Assembly: GCF_000181795.1 (NCBI RefSeq)
Contig: NW_003526943.1
Coordinates: 11,109,759 to 11,147,102 of the forward strand
Direction of reading: 5' to 3'
From: Trichinella spiralis
Lineage: Eukaryota
Length of the DNA: 37,344 nucleotides
Shown: piece by piece, positions 1 to 13,160 of the stretch
Numbering within the stretch: position 1 is the stretch's first letter
Layout of the letters: the number at the start of each line of letters is the position of its first letter
Translations under genes and position numbers: made by a program
Notes under the pieces: generated by a model
What the model was told of the DNA's origin: nothing
What the model saw: the letters and a program-made list of their open reading frames with translations, nothing else
The model's database searches: none

Positions 1-1193
1 TCCCTAAAAGGAATTTATGAATATTTGGCCAGAAAAAATCGTTCTCACTTTGTACTTATGACACGCAATTTGCTATTTTTTGTGGAAAGGAACGTGAATT
101 TTTCTACCTATGAAGGGATTAACTCTGTTGTGCAATCCTATCAGGTAAATATATGGTATTTTCTTGTACGGATGGTATAGTTTTATTTAAATGGGGCTTT
201 TTTAATAGTTTTATTTTACATTTATTTAGTGTTTTAAAGTAGATACTTTCACTAGTTTTGTTTTTAATCTTCATTTTTTTCAATTTCAAAACAAAATGCT
301 ACTGCTGCAGCATTATTGCTTCGATTATATTTAAAATTTTAAACTTGAAAATAATAGGTGTGGAAACTTTCTTTTTGTTTTTAAACTTTTGTGTGTTTTT
401 AATTTTTAATATTCATTTAATATAATAACTGCTAGTGTGAATAGAAAGTATTTCACATATATATGCATATATTGTTTTGTGAATTTTAGTATTATCCAAT
501 TGTCTGGTTTGCGAAAACCTCCTTCAGAAATTTCAGTTGTGAAATTGCATTTCGATGCATTTATGGAAATTTTCTTGTGATACAGCAGGTGATGTCGGCT
601 CTGGATGCGAGAACTGCCAGAGTACCAGGCTACAGAATGGCGTCTGTTATAATTGAAGAGATGAAGCCAGTGAAAGAAGCGAGCAAAGTATTCTTTCAGG
701 TAATTTTAATTATTGTTCACTGGATTATTTTTAATGGTTTAATTTAAAAAAAATTTATTTTTAGGGAAACGACAGTGCAATTGCTATTTTACGAACTGAT
801 TGTTTCGAAATTGAAAAACAAGCTGTCGTGGGAAGCTATTTTGTTCAAACATTAGTTAATCCAATGATTGGTGGAGAATCAGTCGGTTTTTGTGCCACAG
901 AAGAATTATCTGAAAATCAGGTTATTAAAATTTTTTTCTTTTTTATAAAGCACCGTTATTTTTTATTTTACTTTTAGAATAATTTTGTTGTTCACTTTAT
1001 TCCACCGTTCGAATTTGTTCGTCAACATCTTTTTAACCAACATCCGACGGCATATGCCACTCTTCATTTGCACATTGCAAACTATTTGGTCTGTGTAATC
1101 AGCACTGTGGACAAGAGCACGGGCGGGAGTGGCAATGCAGACCAAGCTCATTCAATGATACAAAGCAGCCCACCACGAATCAACAATCAATGA
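1..1193 (+). CDS. 3' part of a multi-exon protein-coding gene of unknown function; 5' end lies outside the window
   Basis: Exons <1-144, 490-699, 765-920 and 978-1193 have GT/AG boundaries and join in phase 0 with no stops: SLKGIYEYLARKNRSHF...VQSYQ / YYPIVWFAKTSFRNFSCE...KVFFQ / GNDSAIAILRTDCFE...SENQ / NNFVVHFIPPFEFVRQHLF...RINNQ*. No family recognised. An extra exon in 145-489 is not excluded. Confidence 0.7.
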
Positions 1194-1778
1194 GCAGCAG
1201 CGCACGATGCGCATTTGCTCCATATGCACAATATGACATTTTTTTTCTTTACAATTATCACCTTTCGAGTAACCTCTCTTTTTTATACTGCTTGAACGTA
1301 ACTTGAACACCTCCTCATTGCTACGGTTTTTTTTCTGTTTTTGATCATTCTCCAAAATGTGAATGCTAATTAATGTGGTAACATTTTTGGGCAAATGGTT
1401 CCTAAAATATAGTAGTAGTAGATTGTGTTTTTCTTTTTCTTTTCAAATATAATAAATGCATGCTTTTTTCTTTCAACCACATACATACATCATCATCATC
1501 ATATGCGTACAATTTTGACAATGCCTTTTTTGGGATAGGGTTTTCGAAATACGGTGGTGATGATTATTGGGGTGCCAAATTACGGTGTGTTGGTGTGACA
1601 ACTGAATTTTGGGATAAAATAAAATTTTTCAATAAAATCTTGTCCAGTGGTGGTGAATTTGATTGATGATTATCAAATTTCATTTGCGAAGATCGTCAAC
1701 TTTTTTCAAATTTCCAAACAGAATACATAATTCATTTTTCTTCTTCTATTTATGAAAGTTTTTTATTGAAAAAAAAGT

Positions 1779-4700
1779 TCAAAAGTATTTTTGCAACGGT
1801 TCTCCAATGATCTTTTCACAAACGCTGGCCAATTGTTTGCACTGCATTTCAACTTCTTCACTCTCATCTGAAATAGAGATAATGAAGTGAATGAAGAATG
1901 CACGAACAAGCAAGCAAACACATAATATAAATAATATGAGCAAATGACACAAACCTTCCATCAACTCTGACAGAAAAGGTACTGATTCCGCGATCAAGCC
2001 ACTCGCTTGTTCATTAAGCATTTCATACCATTTTTCGAGAAGAACCAAAACTGAATGACGAACCTGCAAAAAACAATAGTTTCAATTGACAAAAAATAAA
2101 ACTACAATAACTATATACCCTTTTGTCAGCATGGCGAGTTTTTAACAGAATATTGTAATGCAACTTTTTCCAATAAGTTTCATCATTGATAGTCTGCGCG
2201 ACATCAATTATGCATTTGATCAAACATTTTTCCACTCTCAACTCATAGTTGATAAGATCAATATTGTCAAACTAAAATAATATAAAATCCAGAAAATGAA
2301 ATACACGCAGAATTTGTTTCGAAAAAAAAACAACTGCCATCATCACAACACACAACATACCTGATCAACCAAGGGTTGAGCAATTAATTGCAGCTTTCCA
2401 TCATTGTGATAGTTAGCTTGCAATTCTCTGTTTGGTCTGCAAGCTTTCGAAATACAAGTAATCAATATTCGAAGCATCAAATCTGCTCTTTCTTCGTTCA
2501 CAAATGGTAAATGTGCAACTGGAAATGAAATAAGAATCAGCAATAAATTCCAACTGTCAGATGAGCACAATTCACATACCTTTATTAACATTCAACTTGT
2601 CCAACAATTCCGTGGCCGGCTTCAAAAACCAATCCGCAAATAAAGCAAACATATCTTGCAATTTCATCGATAATCTGAAACGTATCTGTTATCAATTTGT
2701 ACAATAATACAACAACATGATGAATCCTTACGCAATGCCATAACGGTACACGTTGAGCAGCAGTTGTTCATTCGCATTTTCACACGTAGCCTTATCAATT
2801 ATATTCTTGATAAAATTGTTCAAATCTGCTTCCGTTTGCTTCAACGAATAGCTAACCAACGATTGCATCACCGTCTCGTCGTCAAAATTATGCGCTATCC
2901 AAAATTTATCATCACTGTCGCAGTGCCATTTCTCCAGGCCAATGAGGAACATTTTTTCCAATAAAAACTTATTACTGTTGATCATTTGCACGGTACTGGT
3001 CTTGATCCATTTTTCCAAAAGTGAAAAAATAAACCAAAAACATTTCTGCAACAAAGCAATACAACAGTATATATATATATCGACAGAATGTGGTCGTTGA
3101 AACAACAACTACTTACTTCTTCATCTACATCGTTGAGCACTTCAAATATGGCCGGCAACAGCACTCGACCATTCAACTCCTTGAACCGATCTTCCAAGCA
3201 ACACAAAGCAGCCCTGATCTTGACAAAATTCAAATCCTCGTTTCCGCTTTCATCAACTGGAAAACTAGTGCAAATCTAAAAATCAAAATTAATTATTTCA
3301 TTAACAATCAAAAAAAAGCTTAGCCAACCTTCTTCAAAAGCTGAGGCAAGTGTTGAGCCATGAATGGCAATACTGATGTTGTAATATTGGTTAAAGAGTT
3401 GATCAGGCCGATTGAAAATCTCTTCACTGACCTGAACCACAATGAAAAGAAAAATTCAATTATTAAACAATCACAAATCAAACAATTATTGTCATCAAAA
3501 TATACATTCGATCGCTTCCAAGAATTTCCATAATTTTCGGCATGAACAGATTTATATACGGTATACTTTGATTTCCCATGGCAAGAACGAGATCCCCCAA
3601 ACAGCTAACGACAACAATCAACAATTCTTTGTCCAACTCGGTCCAACAATTCAACGCTTTCAACAATTTGTCCATAATCTTAAAATGGAATTTAAAGATA
3701 AAAAAAAACAATTGAAATAAACATCAAGAAAATATCCATCCGTACGTACGTGGGAAAATTCTGCCGAACTGTGCACCTTGGCGAACATTTGTCTGAGAGC
3801 GGACAAAGAAGCGCATGTCAGCTTCACGCTTGTTTTGTCGTTCTTTTCAAAATTTACCATGCCATTCAGCGATTTGAACAGCATTTCCAATTCTTCAATC
3901 TATGAATATTAAAATTTTCTTTCAGATATTTCAAAGTTTAACGTGAGAAAAGCAATGCTACAAGTCTATGCGATGGGGCATCGCTGTCTATTTACTTTTT
4001 GTGACGTTGGTGCATCAGGCAGTTCTTGCATTTTTTCGGATAACATTTCCAAACTCTGAACTTTGACAAATATATCTTCCCTTTGCAACAGCTTGGCAAT
4101 CATTTCAATCGAACTGGACAACGGCATCAGTGTAGAAATCTAAATGATCAGATAACAATTTATGAATGAACAATCTAGAGAAAAATTATGAATCTTTATG
4201 AAATTTATGTGGTTGCTCTTTTTTTCAAATACTGTCGTCAAAAAGATTTATTAAATGATAATAATTGAGCAGCTGATTTCACAGAACATTAAAGTCCTTG
4301 TCTCAAAAACAAAATATGAATAAATATGTAAAAATCAAATTTACCCTTTTCAGACAGTGATGAACGCGATAATTGATCATTTTCAAATATTTATTGTAAA
4401 ATTCAGTCGACAAATCAAAATTGTCAGAGGAGTTTAAAACTGTCACAAACTTCGCAGTAAGCGATTCAAAAACATCCGTCAACTGATCCATCTCTTTTTT
4501 CTTCAAATTTTCCAACTATAAACAAACAAATATACATGCAATCAATGTAAGCAATTAGCATCAGCTTGTTTACCTTCCCATGCAAATCGGTCGATTCGAA
4601 CATGTTGTAAACCGCTTCAATCAGTTCATGTTTGAAATGCAACAACTGTTTCGTTGAATTCGCCCGCAAATCGAACACCTTCTCATACAGATGACTGTGC

Positions 4701-7700
4701 TTTTCCAGTGCATCTTTCAAACTTGCTCCATCCGTAACTGAAAATTTGTCGTTGATCAATTTCAATGATTATTTCAATTATTCATAATTACTCACTTTGA
4801 TCAGGGCTAGTAGTACCATTTGTAAATGCCAAAAAGCATGAAACCAAATTCAATGAACAATTCAACTGCACATCAGGATTGAATTCAGCAAAAAGACACT
4901 GGCACAGTTGATTCAATGACACTGTCAGATGCTGCATCAAAAAAAACAAATGTTTAAAATTTATAACAAGCATCGGTATGGCCAGATGACCAACCAATGT
5001 GAAAATTCTCTCCTCTTGAAACGAGAAATCACAAAGCATTCTGGTCTTTCACTTTGAGCCATAAAAAATTTCAAAAACAAAAATAATCATCAAATAAATT
5101 ACCTTGCGTTCCTTTAAAATTTTCATACTGGGCCATCTTCTCACGTAAAATTCCAACAGTAGAGCAATCAACAACCACAGATATCCCGAAGTGGAATTTG
5201 CTACGTGATTTTGCATCGCTTTTTCAGTAATGACAACCAAATTGCGCAAAATTGGAACGCGACGATGCGGTGAGATGAACAATGCTGAAGAAGCAAAATC
5301 TCGAAAAATGCTCAAAATAATATTTTCCAATTCCACCACATCTTTTGGACTTTCCTATTAATATTCAAAAAAGTAGAAAATGAACACAAATACACATATA
5401 CACATATATCACAATATGCTCAAACCTTAATAATAGTTGGTATTATAGTTTCAATAACAGAACTCATCAGTTGAAAAGACGAATAATCATCGCAACGTTT
5501 CAAATTACTGCCAACAAATGAAAATACGGGAATCATTCGAATTATAACTTTTTCCTTAAAACAAATATATTATTCAAACGTTGAAGAAGTAGAACAACAA
5601 CTGAAATTTTATTTCATAAAAAGGTATATCAAAAAAACAGCATTACCTTGAGAAATGCTGCTATACTTTTGAGCAGTAACAAAGCCGATGTGTGACAACC
5701 GCTTAAATCAAAATTGCGAAGACAATTGACCAAAGTTTCAACGTCCAAATCCGATATATTGACGTCCGTTTTCATTTCTGAATGCATTTTTTCTTCACAG
5801 TTAAAAAAATAATACTTACATTCCATTTAAAAAAATGGTTGACTTACTGTAAGAATTATCAAAAATTGTTCGCAACAAGTGCAAACACTGCGTAATTCCA
5901 TCTTGAAGTTGAGCACAGTTTTCATGGACAAGACTGCTGAACAATGAAGTAATAAAATGAGAACAAAAAAATTACAAAAATCGAACAGATGATCGTTTCG
6001 CTCACCACTGCAACAGTTGAAACAACGGTCGAGCTAGAGGGGGCCGTTTAGGAATATTTTTGTTGTCGAAAATCACTTCCATCAACATCAGAATTCGTTC
6101 CCAAAGCAGCTGATCAGAGAATTCAATATCTGTTGGACATTCACTTTCCATTCTGAATGAAAATTATTGAACGAGATAACATTCCCACAATACAACAACA
6201 ACACACACACACACACACACACACACGTACCTGCCCCTTTTCACTGGTACGACGTGTTCATTTTTTAAGAACAATTCTACGCATTTTTCCAAACGTTTCA
6301 ACATGTAACTTTCCGATATAGGTAACTGAAATATGAATATATATGAAAAAAAAATTTTCCATTTTCATTTGTTTCAAATAATAAAAACTTCACCTTGAGC
6401 AGAGCAATTTTAATCGCACTACTAGAAGCACTGTCATCTTTGAGACTGCACAATGCGAACATTTCATCCAACAAAATCGTCCGCAAATTTGAATCAATTT
6501 TTGTGAAAAAACTTTTCGTAATCTGCATCAATAAAGAAGAAAAAAAAAGATACGTTGGATTGAAGAAAGTAATTATTATCATATTGATCAAAAGTGAATT
6601 CATAATTAATTTTACTTGTGAAGCGACGATGGAGGTGAAGCGTCCATCTCGCAAAGCTTGGATCAGAGCGCGAAATGTCTCAGTATTGGATTTCAGAAAT
6701 ACCGCCGTCTCTCGTCGGTAAATTTTACAAAGACTGTTCACGTAAAGTTCCATTTTCAAATTTTGCTCAGCTAGTGATGACTGCTGCTGCTGCTGAGCAT
6801 CGCAGAGCAGATGATTAAACAGACTGCCCAATGCTTGGAATAAAGACTGTAAATGAGTAAAATTAATATTAATTTTAAAAAAATGTAAATTATTGTTCAC
6901 CTCCTCGTTGATCATCAACATTGCAGTGGAGATCTTATGAACAACAGTTGGAGGCGGATAATGAGCACTTTTGCACAAAATGTCGACAATGTTGAGCAAC
7001 AATTTTAAACGAACTCGTCTCACAGCATCAGACAACTCCTTGTCAACAAATGCAGCTAAACTCTACAAAAATAATGAAATAAAAACAAATGAGAAAGATT
7101 GAAACGCATTTTTTAAATATACAGAGATATACACATACCACTTGTATGTACTGGGAATCCAAAATGCATGCAGGAAGATCACTGTTTATACAGTCCAAAA
7201 ATTGGTAATAATAAGCATGAGAGCGATTTTTCAATGTCAATGCCTGGCGCAATCGTTTGAGTGTATTGCAAATCAACTGCCTCTGCAATAGCCCATCCGC
7301 CGACATGCCAACAAAAAGCATGGGTATAACTGAAAGATAAAAAATTTCATTGCAACAATAAACAAACAAACAAACAAACAAACAAACAACACGTTTTACC
7401 GACAGAATTGTGAGATGCAATTATTTGCAATTCATCGCCGTCCAAATTTTTCAGCAATTCTTCGAGTTGCAAACAGAGGTTGATGAAAAGTGGCTCCAAA
7501 GTTTCATCATCAATTATGAAGATGAGCAATTTACAAATTTCAGCTGGTTCAGCAACAAATTTCTTAAATAAAACGAAAAAAATTAAATTAAATCAAAGCT
7601 TTGCTTTGCAAAAGCATTCACTTCTGCTACTCACATCAAGAAGGGGTAAAATCATTCTGTTTGAAATCTGCTTCCGATTTCCGTTTTCAACTTCATCTAA

Positions 7701-10700
7701 ATCAACACGCGCCAGTATTGCATACTTGCACAAAGTGACCAAAAGCTGTGCATTGAACTTTGCCACATCATCATCTTGCCACCAAAGCATTCCTAAAATT
7801 TATTTACATATGATTTGTTCCCTTTGAAAAACCAAATTCATATAAATTGCAATGAATTAAATCAATGAAAAAAATTACAATAAAATTTTCAATTGTTCGA
7901 TAATCATTAAAGCTGCTTTTTTTACTTTATTTTTTCATTCACAAAAATTAATAGCACCTGACATGTACGATTTATCCCATTTGACATCCATCAATTGTAT
8001 TCCAACCAACCACATCATTTCGACACTTCTCAAACCGTAATGCTTAAATTTAGCAAGATCCAATTCCAACGTTCGGTTCTGCATTGGAACCTCGCACAGA
8101 AAATGCTCAAAATCAATTTCACTAAACATATTCATCTGAAATAAATAATAAAATGAATGTAAGAATTTAAGAAACATTCGACAGTAATAATTCCATCTTC
8201 TCATCTACTCGCCTCATCTGGTTTCTTTGCAATAAAACAACGTTGCCAAACATTTTCCAACAATTTGATCAAAATTTGAACAGTTTCATGCAAATTTTTG
8301 TGCTTCGCTTGTCCAACCATATGGCACAATAGAAAAGTGAGAAACATTGCACAAGATGAATCAGCTTCAACATCATTCAAAGCACTATTCAAGAACAAGC
8401 TCACCTGAAAATAAATTATTCAACGATTAGAAAATTTCATCAATTCCAAAAATTCTCCACAACAACAGACTTCTTCCAAAGCATCCAAGTGCCTCATGTT
8501 CCAGCACGTACAATCGTGAAGCAAACTTGCCAAAAAGCATTGCCAAAGTGAATTCATTTCTGAACAATTTACTAAATTTGAGAAATTTAATTATTAATAA
8601 AATTAAAAACAAACAAACAAAAATTCAACCAATCCAACCTTCCAGAGGTTGTTCACGAGATAATTCTGAAGTGAAATCAGAATTCAAAATCTGCGCGACG
8701 TGCTTGCCTTTCCCTGCCCCGTCGGTGAACATAATTTCAAATATCCACAACGTGACCATATTTTTCATCTTGTCTTCAACGTGCAAAAAATGCTTAGCCA
8801 TAATAATACCAATACGATTTCTCAAGTTTCTCCTGAATGAATAAAATTCACAAATAATAATGATAATAATAACCAAAAAAAAGGTACAACTTTTTCGATA
8901 AATTTGCCTCATCAGGTAGATGATTCATCAGTTGGTACAATTTCGAGATGATCTTTTCAGGGGAAATGATTGAAAATAATTTCTAAATTATAATTTTCCA
9001 AATGTTAATATTTGTCCATTTTCAAAAATATTCTTGCAGAACTTACGTCACATTTTCTGAGCAAAAATTTTATCACTTTTGAACTTTCGTCTTGGAATTT
9101 TTCAAGAATGGGAATTTCCAATTCTTGAACCATTGATTCGGTGGTCTCGTTCTGCTCTAAAAGATTGATCATCTTTCCCAAAGCCAATTCACGCACAACT
9201 GGCTTGGTATGGAAAACGCTTTCAATTAACTGTTTTGATGTAATGTACTGAAATTATTCCAAAAATTGATCATTTGAAATTCAAGAAAATAAATTTCTAT
9301 TAATATTCAATATTTATCTATACTTGCAATACGCTCGCTCCTGACCAACGCAAAAAGTTCTGCATTCCTTCGACATTTTTATACGACTGCTGCAACCGAT
9401 TTACCATCATATCAAAAGCAATAGGATATCTGAAATTAAAATTTAATTAATTATTTAGCAAAATAGATAAGCTCAGTTTATCACTGAAAAGGAGAACAAA
9501 TAAATATTACACAGAAGATAGGATTGTAATTGATCTGTGAAACGCTGTACTGAATCGTTGAAACTTTTCATCGTTGTTATCAAAATTTGAAATGTAATAC
9601 TGGGCAATAACGCTAAAAAATATCACACGTAAACAACAATGAAACATTTAAATATGCAACAACAATACAGAACAAAAAAATTGATCTTACTTGATAGTTT
9701 CCATGCTATTTGTCACCTGCAGATCGATCTTAGACAAGCATTTTTCAATAAAGCCAATGCAAACCAATTCAGATGATTCTTTTTCAACAATATCTTCAAT
9801 TGTTGCGAGAAACAAAGATTTAAAAAATACATCAAAAAAGTTTGATATATCCGTCTGCTTGTTCCACTCTGCCAAATGTTCAATAAATTTCAACTGTTCT
9901 TCTTTTTTTGAAATAATTCTTGCTGCTCTGAAATCAAAAATATAAATAGTAATAATAAATAACATGTGATAGCTGAAACGTACCTTTTTGATATTTCGTT
10001 TACATTTTGATTATAAAGCACTATTATGCAAGTCAACAAAGCAGTGGAACATGTAGAGACATTCATTGTCTGTAGCAGTCATATTACAAAAAAAAACAAT
10101 TATTATTATATTTTCATTAAAAAATGTTACAATTAATTTCAGTAGCTTACAGACAACATTTTCGACACAAGCAAGCCAGAAAAAGATGAATCCAAATTTA
10201 CTTTCGTTGCCAATTCGCAAATGATCATATGTGAACAAAGCATATAATCATCAAGATTCGATCTGAAAGAACAGCAACCGCATCGTAATTTTTTTAATAA
10301 TTCAATGCAAATCAACTCACTTCAACCCATCAATTATATATGGATAAAGTTGATTCAAAAATTCATCAGTCAAATGATTATTGAAATAGATGACACTGCC
10401 GATGAGGGATGCGTAAAAATTGTACACAATTGTAAACGAAGCCAAATTCCATTTATATTTTCGAGCAAGCTGAAATGCATTGGAAATTAAACCCATATCA
10501 CTGGCAAATTCTTTCCTTTTTACTAACTTTCAGTAAAATTGGTACTGTATCGCAGAGAAAAATTAAAAGGTTCGGATTTTTAATGCATTCTTTGCACAAA
10601 TCACTTTTAGCAATCGATTGACCAGTTAGTTGTGTCGGTATAAGCCAATTCCACAACGGATCATCTTTGGGTATGACCAAAGTTTGAAGCAATCTGACAA

Positions 10701-11249
10701 AAGTGTTACTCTCGTGATAGTGCAAAGCGCAACGCAACACTGCCGGGACGTTGTATTCATAAATGCGAAAACTAAAATTAAAAAGAAACAAATTACAAAT
10801 ACAAATACTAGGCATTGAATTACAAGTTCGGCATACCGTCGAATAAGCCATTCCAAACATTTCTGTGCTGCACCAAGCAATAAATATGGCGTGAGTAAAA
10901 TTAAAAATGCTTCAATAGTTTCGTCCAATTTTTCATTCGCTTCTTTAGTTAGCAATGCTCGTTCCAAATCCAAAATGGATTCGTCAAATAAATGCATTTC
11001 AAATTCAGCGAAACTCTTGTCAATTGCTTTCAGTTGAACAAATCCATCACTTCCTGAAATCACAACAAATAAACAAAAAATATTAACTATGTTAATGCCA
11101 AATCACTTACCGATTGCGAAAATTTTTTCCCGGTCAATTTCAGCCGCATCAGAAGAATCGAACAACAGTGATACCAAACGCTTTTTCTGCTTGTAAATTT
11201 GTGAATCAGGAACGGCTAAGCGTTTCAGTTGATTACTCAAAGATGTCAT
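1779..11249 (-). CDS. HEATR1: HEAT repeat-containing protein 1 / U3 snoRNP protein Utp10 (BP28), multi-exon with dozens of short introns
   Basis: Exon 1 (11249-11111) reads MTSLSNQLKRLAVPD...VSLLFDSSDAAEIDREKIFAIG, the characteristic HEATR1 N-terminus. Later exons include FDESILDLERALLTKEANEKLDETIEAFLILLTPY...AQKCLEWLIRR, IPVFSFVG...LKRCDDYS and HRRVPIL. The C-terminus is ESVPFLSELME|DESEEVEMQC...IGEPLQKYF*. Not every internal exon boundary was resolved. Confidence 0.95.
6200..6227. repeat. (CA)n microsatellite in a HEATR1 intron
   Basis: Visible acacacac run. Confidence 0.9.
7358..7388. repeat. (AAAC)n microsatellite in a HEATR1 intron
   Basis: Visible aaacaaacaaac run. Confidence 0.9.
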
Positions 11250-11278
11250 CTTTGATTCAAGTCCGGTTAGAAGCAGAA

Positions 11279-11290
11279 CTGAAACTAAAC
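11279..11290 (-). promoter_or_regulatory. Splice acceptor upstream of the HEATR1 start: candidate SL trans-splice site or 5'UTR intron end
   Basis: TTTAGTTTCAG ends 29 nt before the ATG and matches the nematode TTTCAG acceptor consensus. Confidence 0.45.
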
Positions 11291-12201
11291 AATTCTATAA
11301 CGCTTTGCACGAAATCATATAAATTTCATTTTGCTTGCTTGAAAATCAGATAACTTTAAATTCGAATTTTGAACACTATAACTTTACAACTGACAAATAA
11401 CTTTTCACTTCTCAGCGTTTTACTGTACGGTAGTAAAACAATGCAAAAAAACAACAGTACAGTAAACATTTCTGTGATGAAAAGTTTTCAAACCCATACC
11501 ATAATTGACAAACATTTAAATTTCTGAACTTTCTCGTTGAAGTAAAAAACAAAAAGAAATTTAAAAAGTATCGCATTTTTACCAAACATGCCATATCATC
11601 ATTGTCAACTAGATGTCTTCATTCACATTTTTGCTGCATAATTTCGATAAAAAATAATTCGGAAACGTCAAGAAAAAATGATAAAAAATTCATTGTAACT
11701 TTTAAGTAACATAAAAGAGATTATAATTTTTTCATTACATCTAAAAAAATGCAAAACTTTTTCATAATGCACAAATAAAAAGTCATAAAAGTGGTACATA
11801 TATAATGCTTATACAAAAACAACTGAATATTTCATTTTATAAAATCATTTTAATACATTTTATTTATTTCTGTTGGAATTTAATAACATAAAAATAAAAC
11901 TTTAAATACCAAAGTAATATTACAAGCACATCATTTAATTACAGTATTATATCAAATGCTAAAAACATCTCAAACTTTTGAATAAAAACAAAGAATTTGG
12001 TAGGGTGCAAATAAGCGATTACTGTAAAATAAGAAAAAGCAGGAAGAACTTCATACTGTACTTTTGTTTTATTAATTTATCATAATTTATGCCTTTAACT
12101 TAATGAAAAAATATCAAAAAGTGAAACATAAATAATAAAAAGTAATTAAAATCGCAGATTATGCATTGTATACATAAATACAAACAATTATTTAACAATA
12201 A

Positions 12202-13160
12202 CGGATGTGTTCCGGGCGGAACGGCGCCGACGTCATCAACATGACACACTCTCTGGTCAGCGTGCGCAAGGCGTGGTCAAGGCAGGAATATTGTGAACCC
12301 ACTGCCATTAAAAAGTCATCATCGTGGCGGGCCAAGAGAGGAACCATCAAAGAGGCCGAACACTGGAAGCTCAGCGGCAGCCGACGAAAGCTTAGATCAG
12401 CGCCTGGATAGCACGGGCGCTCCGCGGCGACTGAGCTATTCCATTGGCGGTTCGCGTTATCCACCAGGTGGGCCGCTAATTCTTGAGCAAGACCCTGATG
12501 CCCATACTCAAGGAGAAGTTCCCCCATGCGTTGCAGAGAGCATGGGATCTAAATAAAATTTAACAAATAAAATGAAATAAAATTTGACAAATAGAATAAA
12601 ATAATATTTGACAAATAAAATGCAAAGGAATGACAACAGATGAAATTCAGAGGCACGCGTCAGAGCAGCAACCAATGAAATTTTATTGCGAAAACGTAGG
12701 CGGAATCAGCGGAGAAATCGGTTCTACCCCTTCGATGGAGAGAGGTATCAGGTCTGCTTCCCGGGGAACTCAGGTCAACCAGATCTCCCAGACAATAGTA
12801 GGCAGACCAGGCGCCGGCTCACTGCGATGCAACGACGCCTGAAGAAGTGTAGCCGGGACAACCACGACTACGCGTCTGGCAGGAGGCAGCACTCAGAAAA
12901 CGGTTGGGCAGAACCGGCACCCGCGACATGTCCGCCGAGGTGTACTGGGTATCTTTCGCAACACGCAGACCTGGGGGGTAAGCAACCCAGCTGATTCGGT
13001 AAGCTGTGGTGTGGCTTTGAAGGAGTGGGCGATAGCGATCTTTAGGACAGTGGGTCCACAGTATTCCTGTCTTGAGTCCTGAACGCGCCTTGAGCGCGCT
13101 GACCCGAGAGGTGTCACGTCTAGGAGGTCGGCGCCATGCCATCCGAAACAGAATGGTGAA
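12202..13160. mobile_element. GC-rich composite insertion; possible non-autonomous Mutator-like (MULE/foldback) element
   Basis: Abrupt GC-rich block in AT-rich intergenic DNA. Arms 12208-12312 and 13040-13150 are homologous in inverted orientation (about 75-80% identity by hand alignment). TAACAATAA is directly repeated at 12193-12201 and 13161-13169. The internal piece 12551-12676 matches 34569-34694 in reverse. Confidence 0.55.
12551..12676 (-). repeat. Dispersed repeat copy 1: about three 24-bp AT-rich units plus a unique tag
   Basis: Reverse complement ATTGGTTGCTGCTCTGACGCGTGCCT...TGCATTTTATTTGTCAAATATTATTT aligns closely to 34569 onward. Confidence 0.9.

Noticed and set aside
1557..1605. 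C box (GTGATGA) and D box (CTGA) pair
   Set aside because: About 49 nt is too short, and there is no terminal stem or recognisable rRNA guide.
6541..6553. GTATCTTT U12-like donor in HEATR1
   Set aside because: It lies inside an ordinary GTAAAA...GCAG intron near its 3' end and is not at an exon boundary.
2764..11353. Many + strand ORFs overlapping HEATR1
   Set aside because: They are antisense shadows of real exons and introns with no recognisable products.
12890..13160. Retroelement motifs in the GC-rich arm (NPAD..S.G BEL-like RNase H; SAP.HP..NG integrase-like)
   Set aside because: The matches are short, interrupted and mutually incompatible, so the family cannot be assigned without a profile search.
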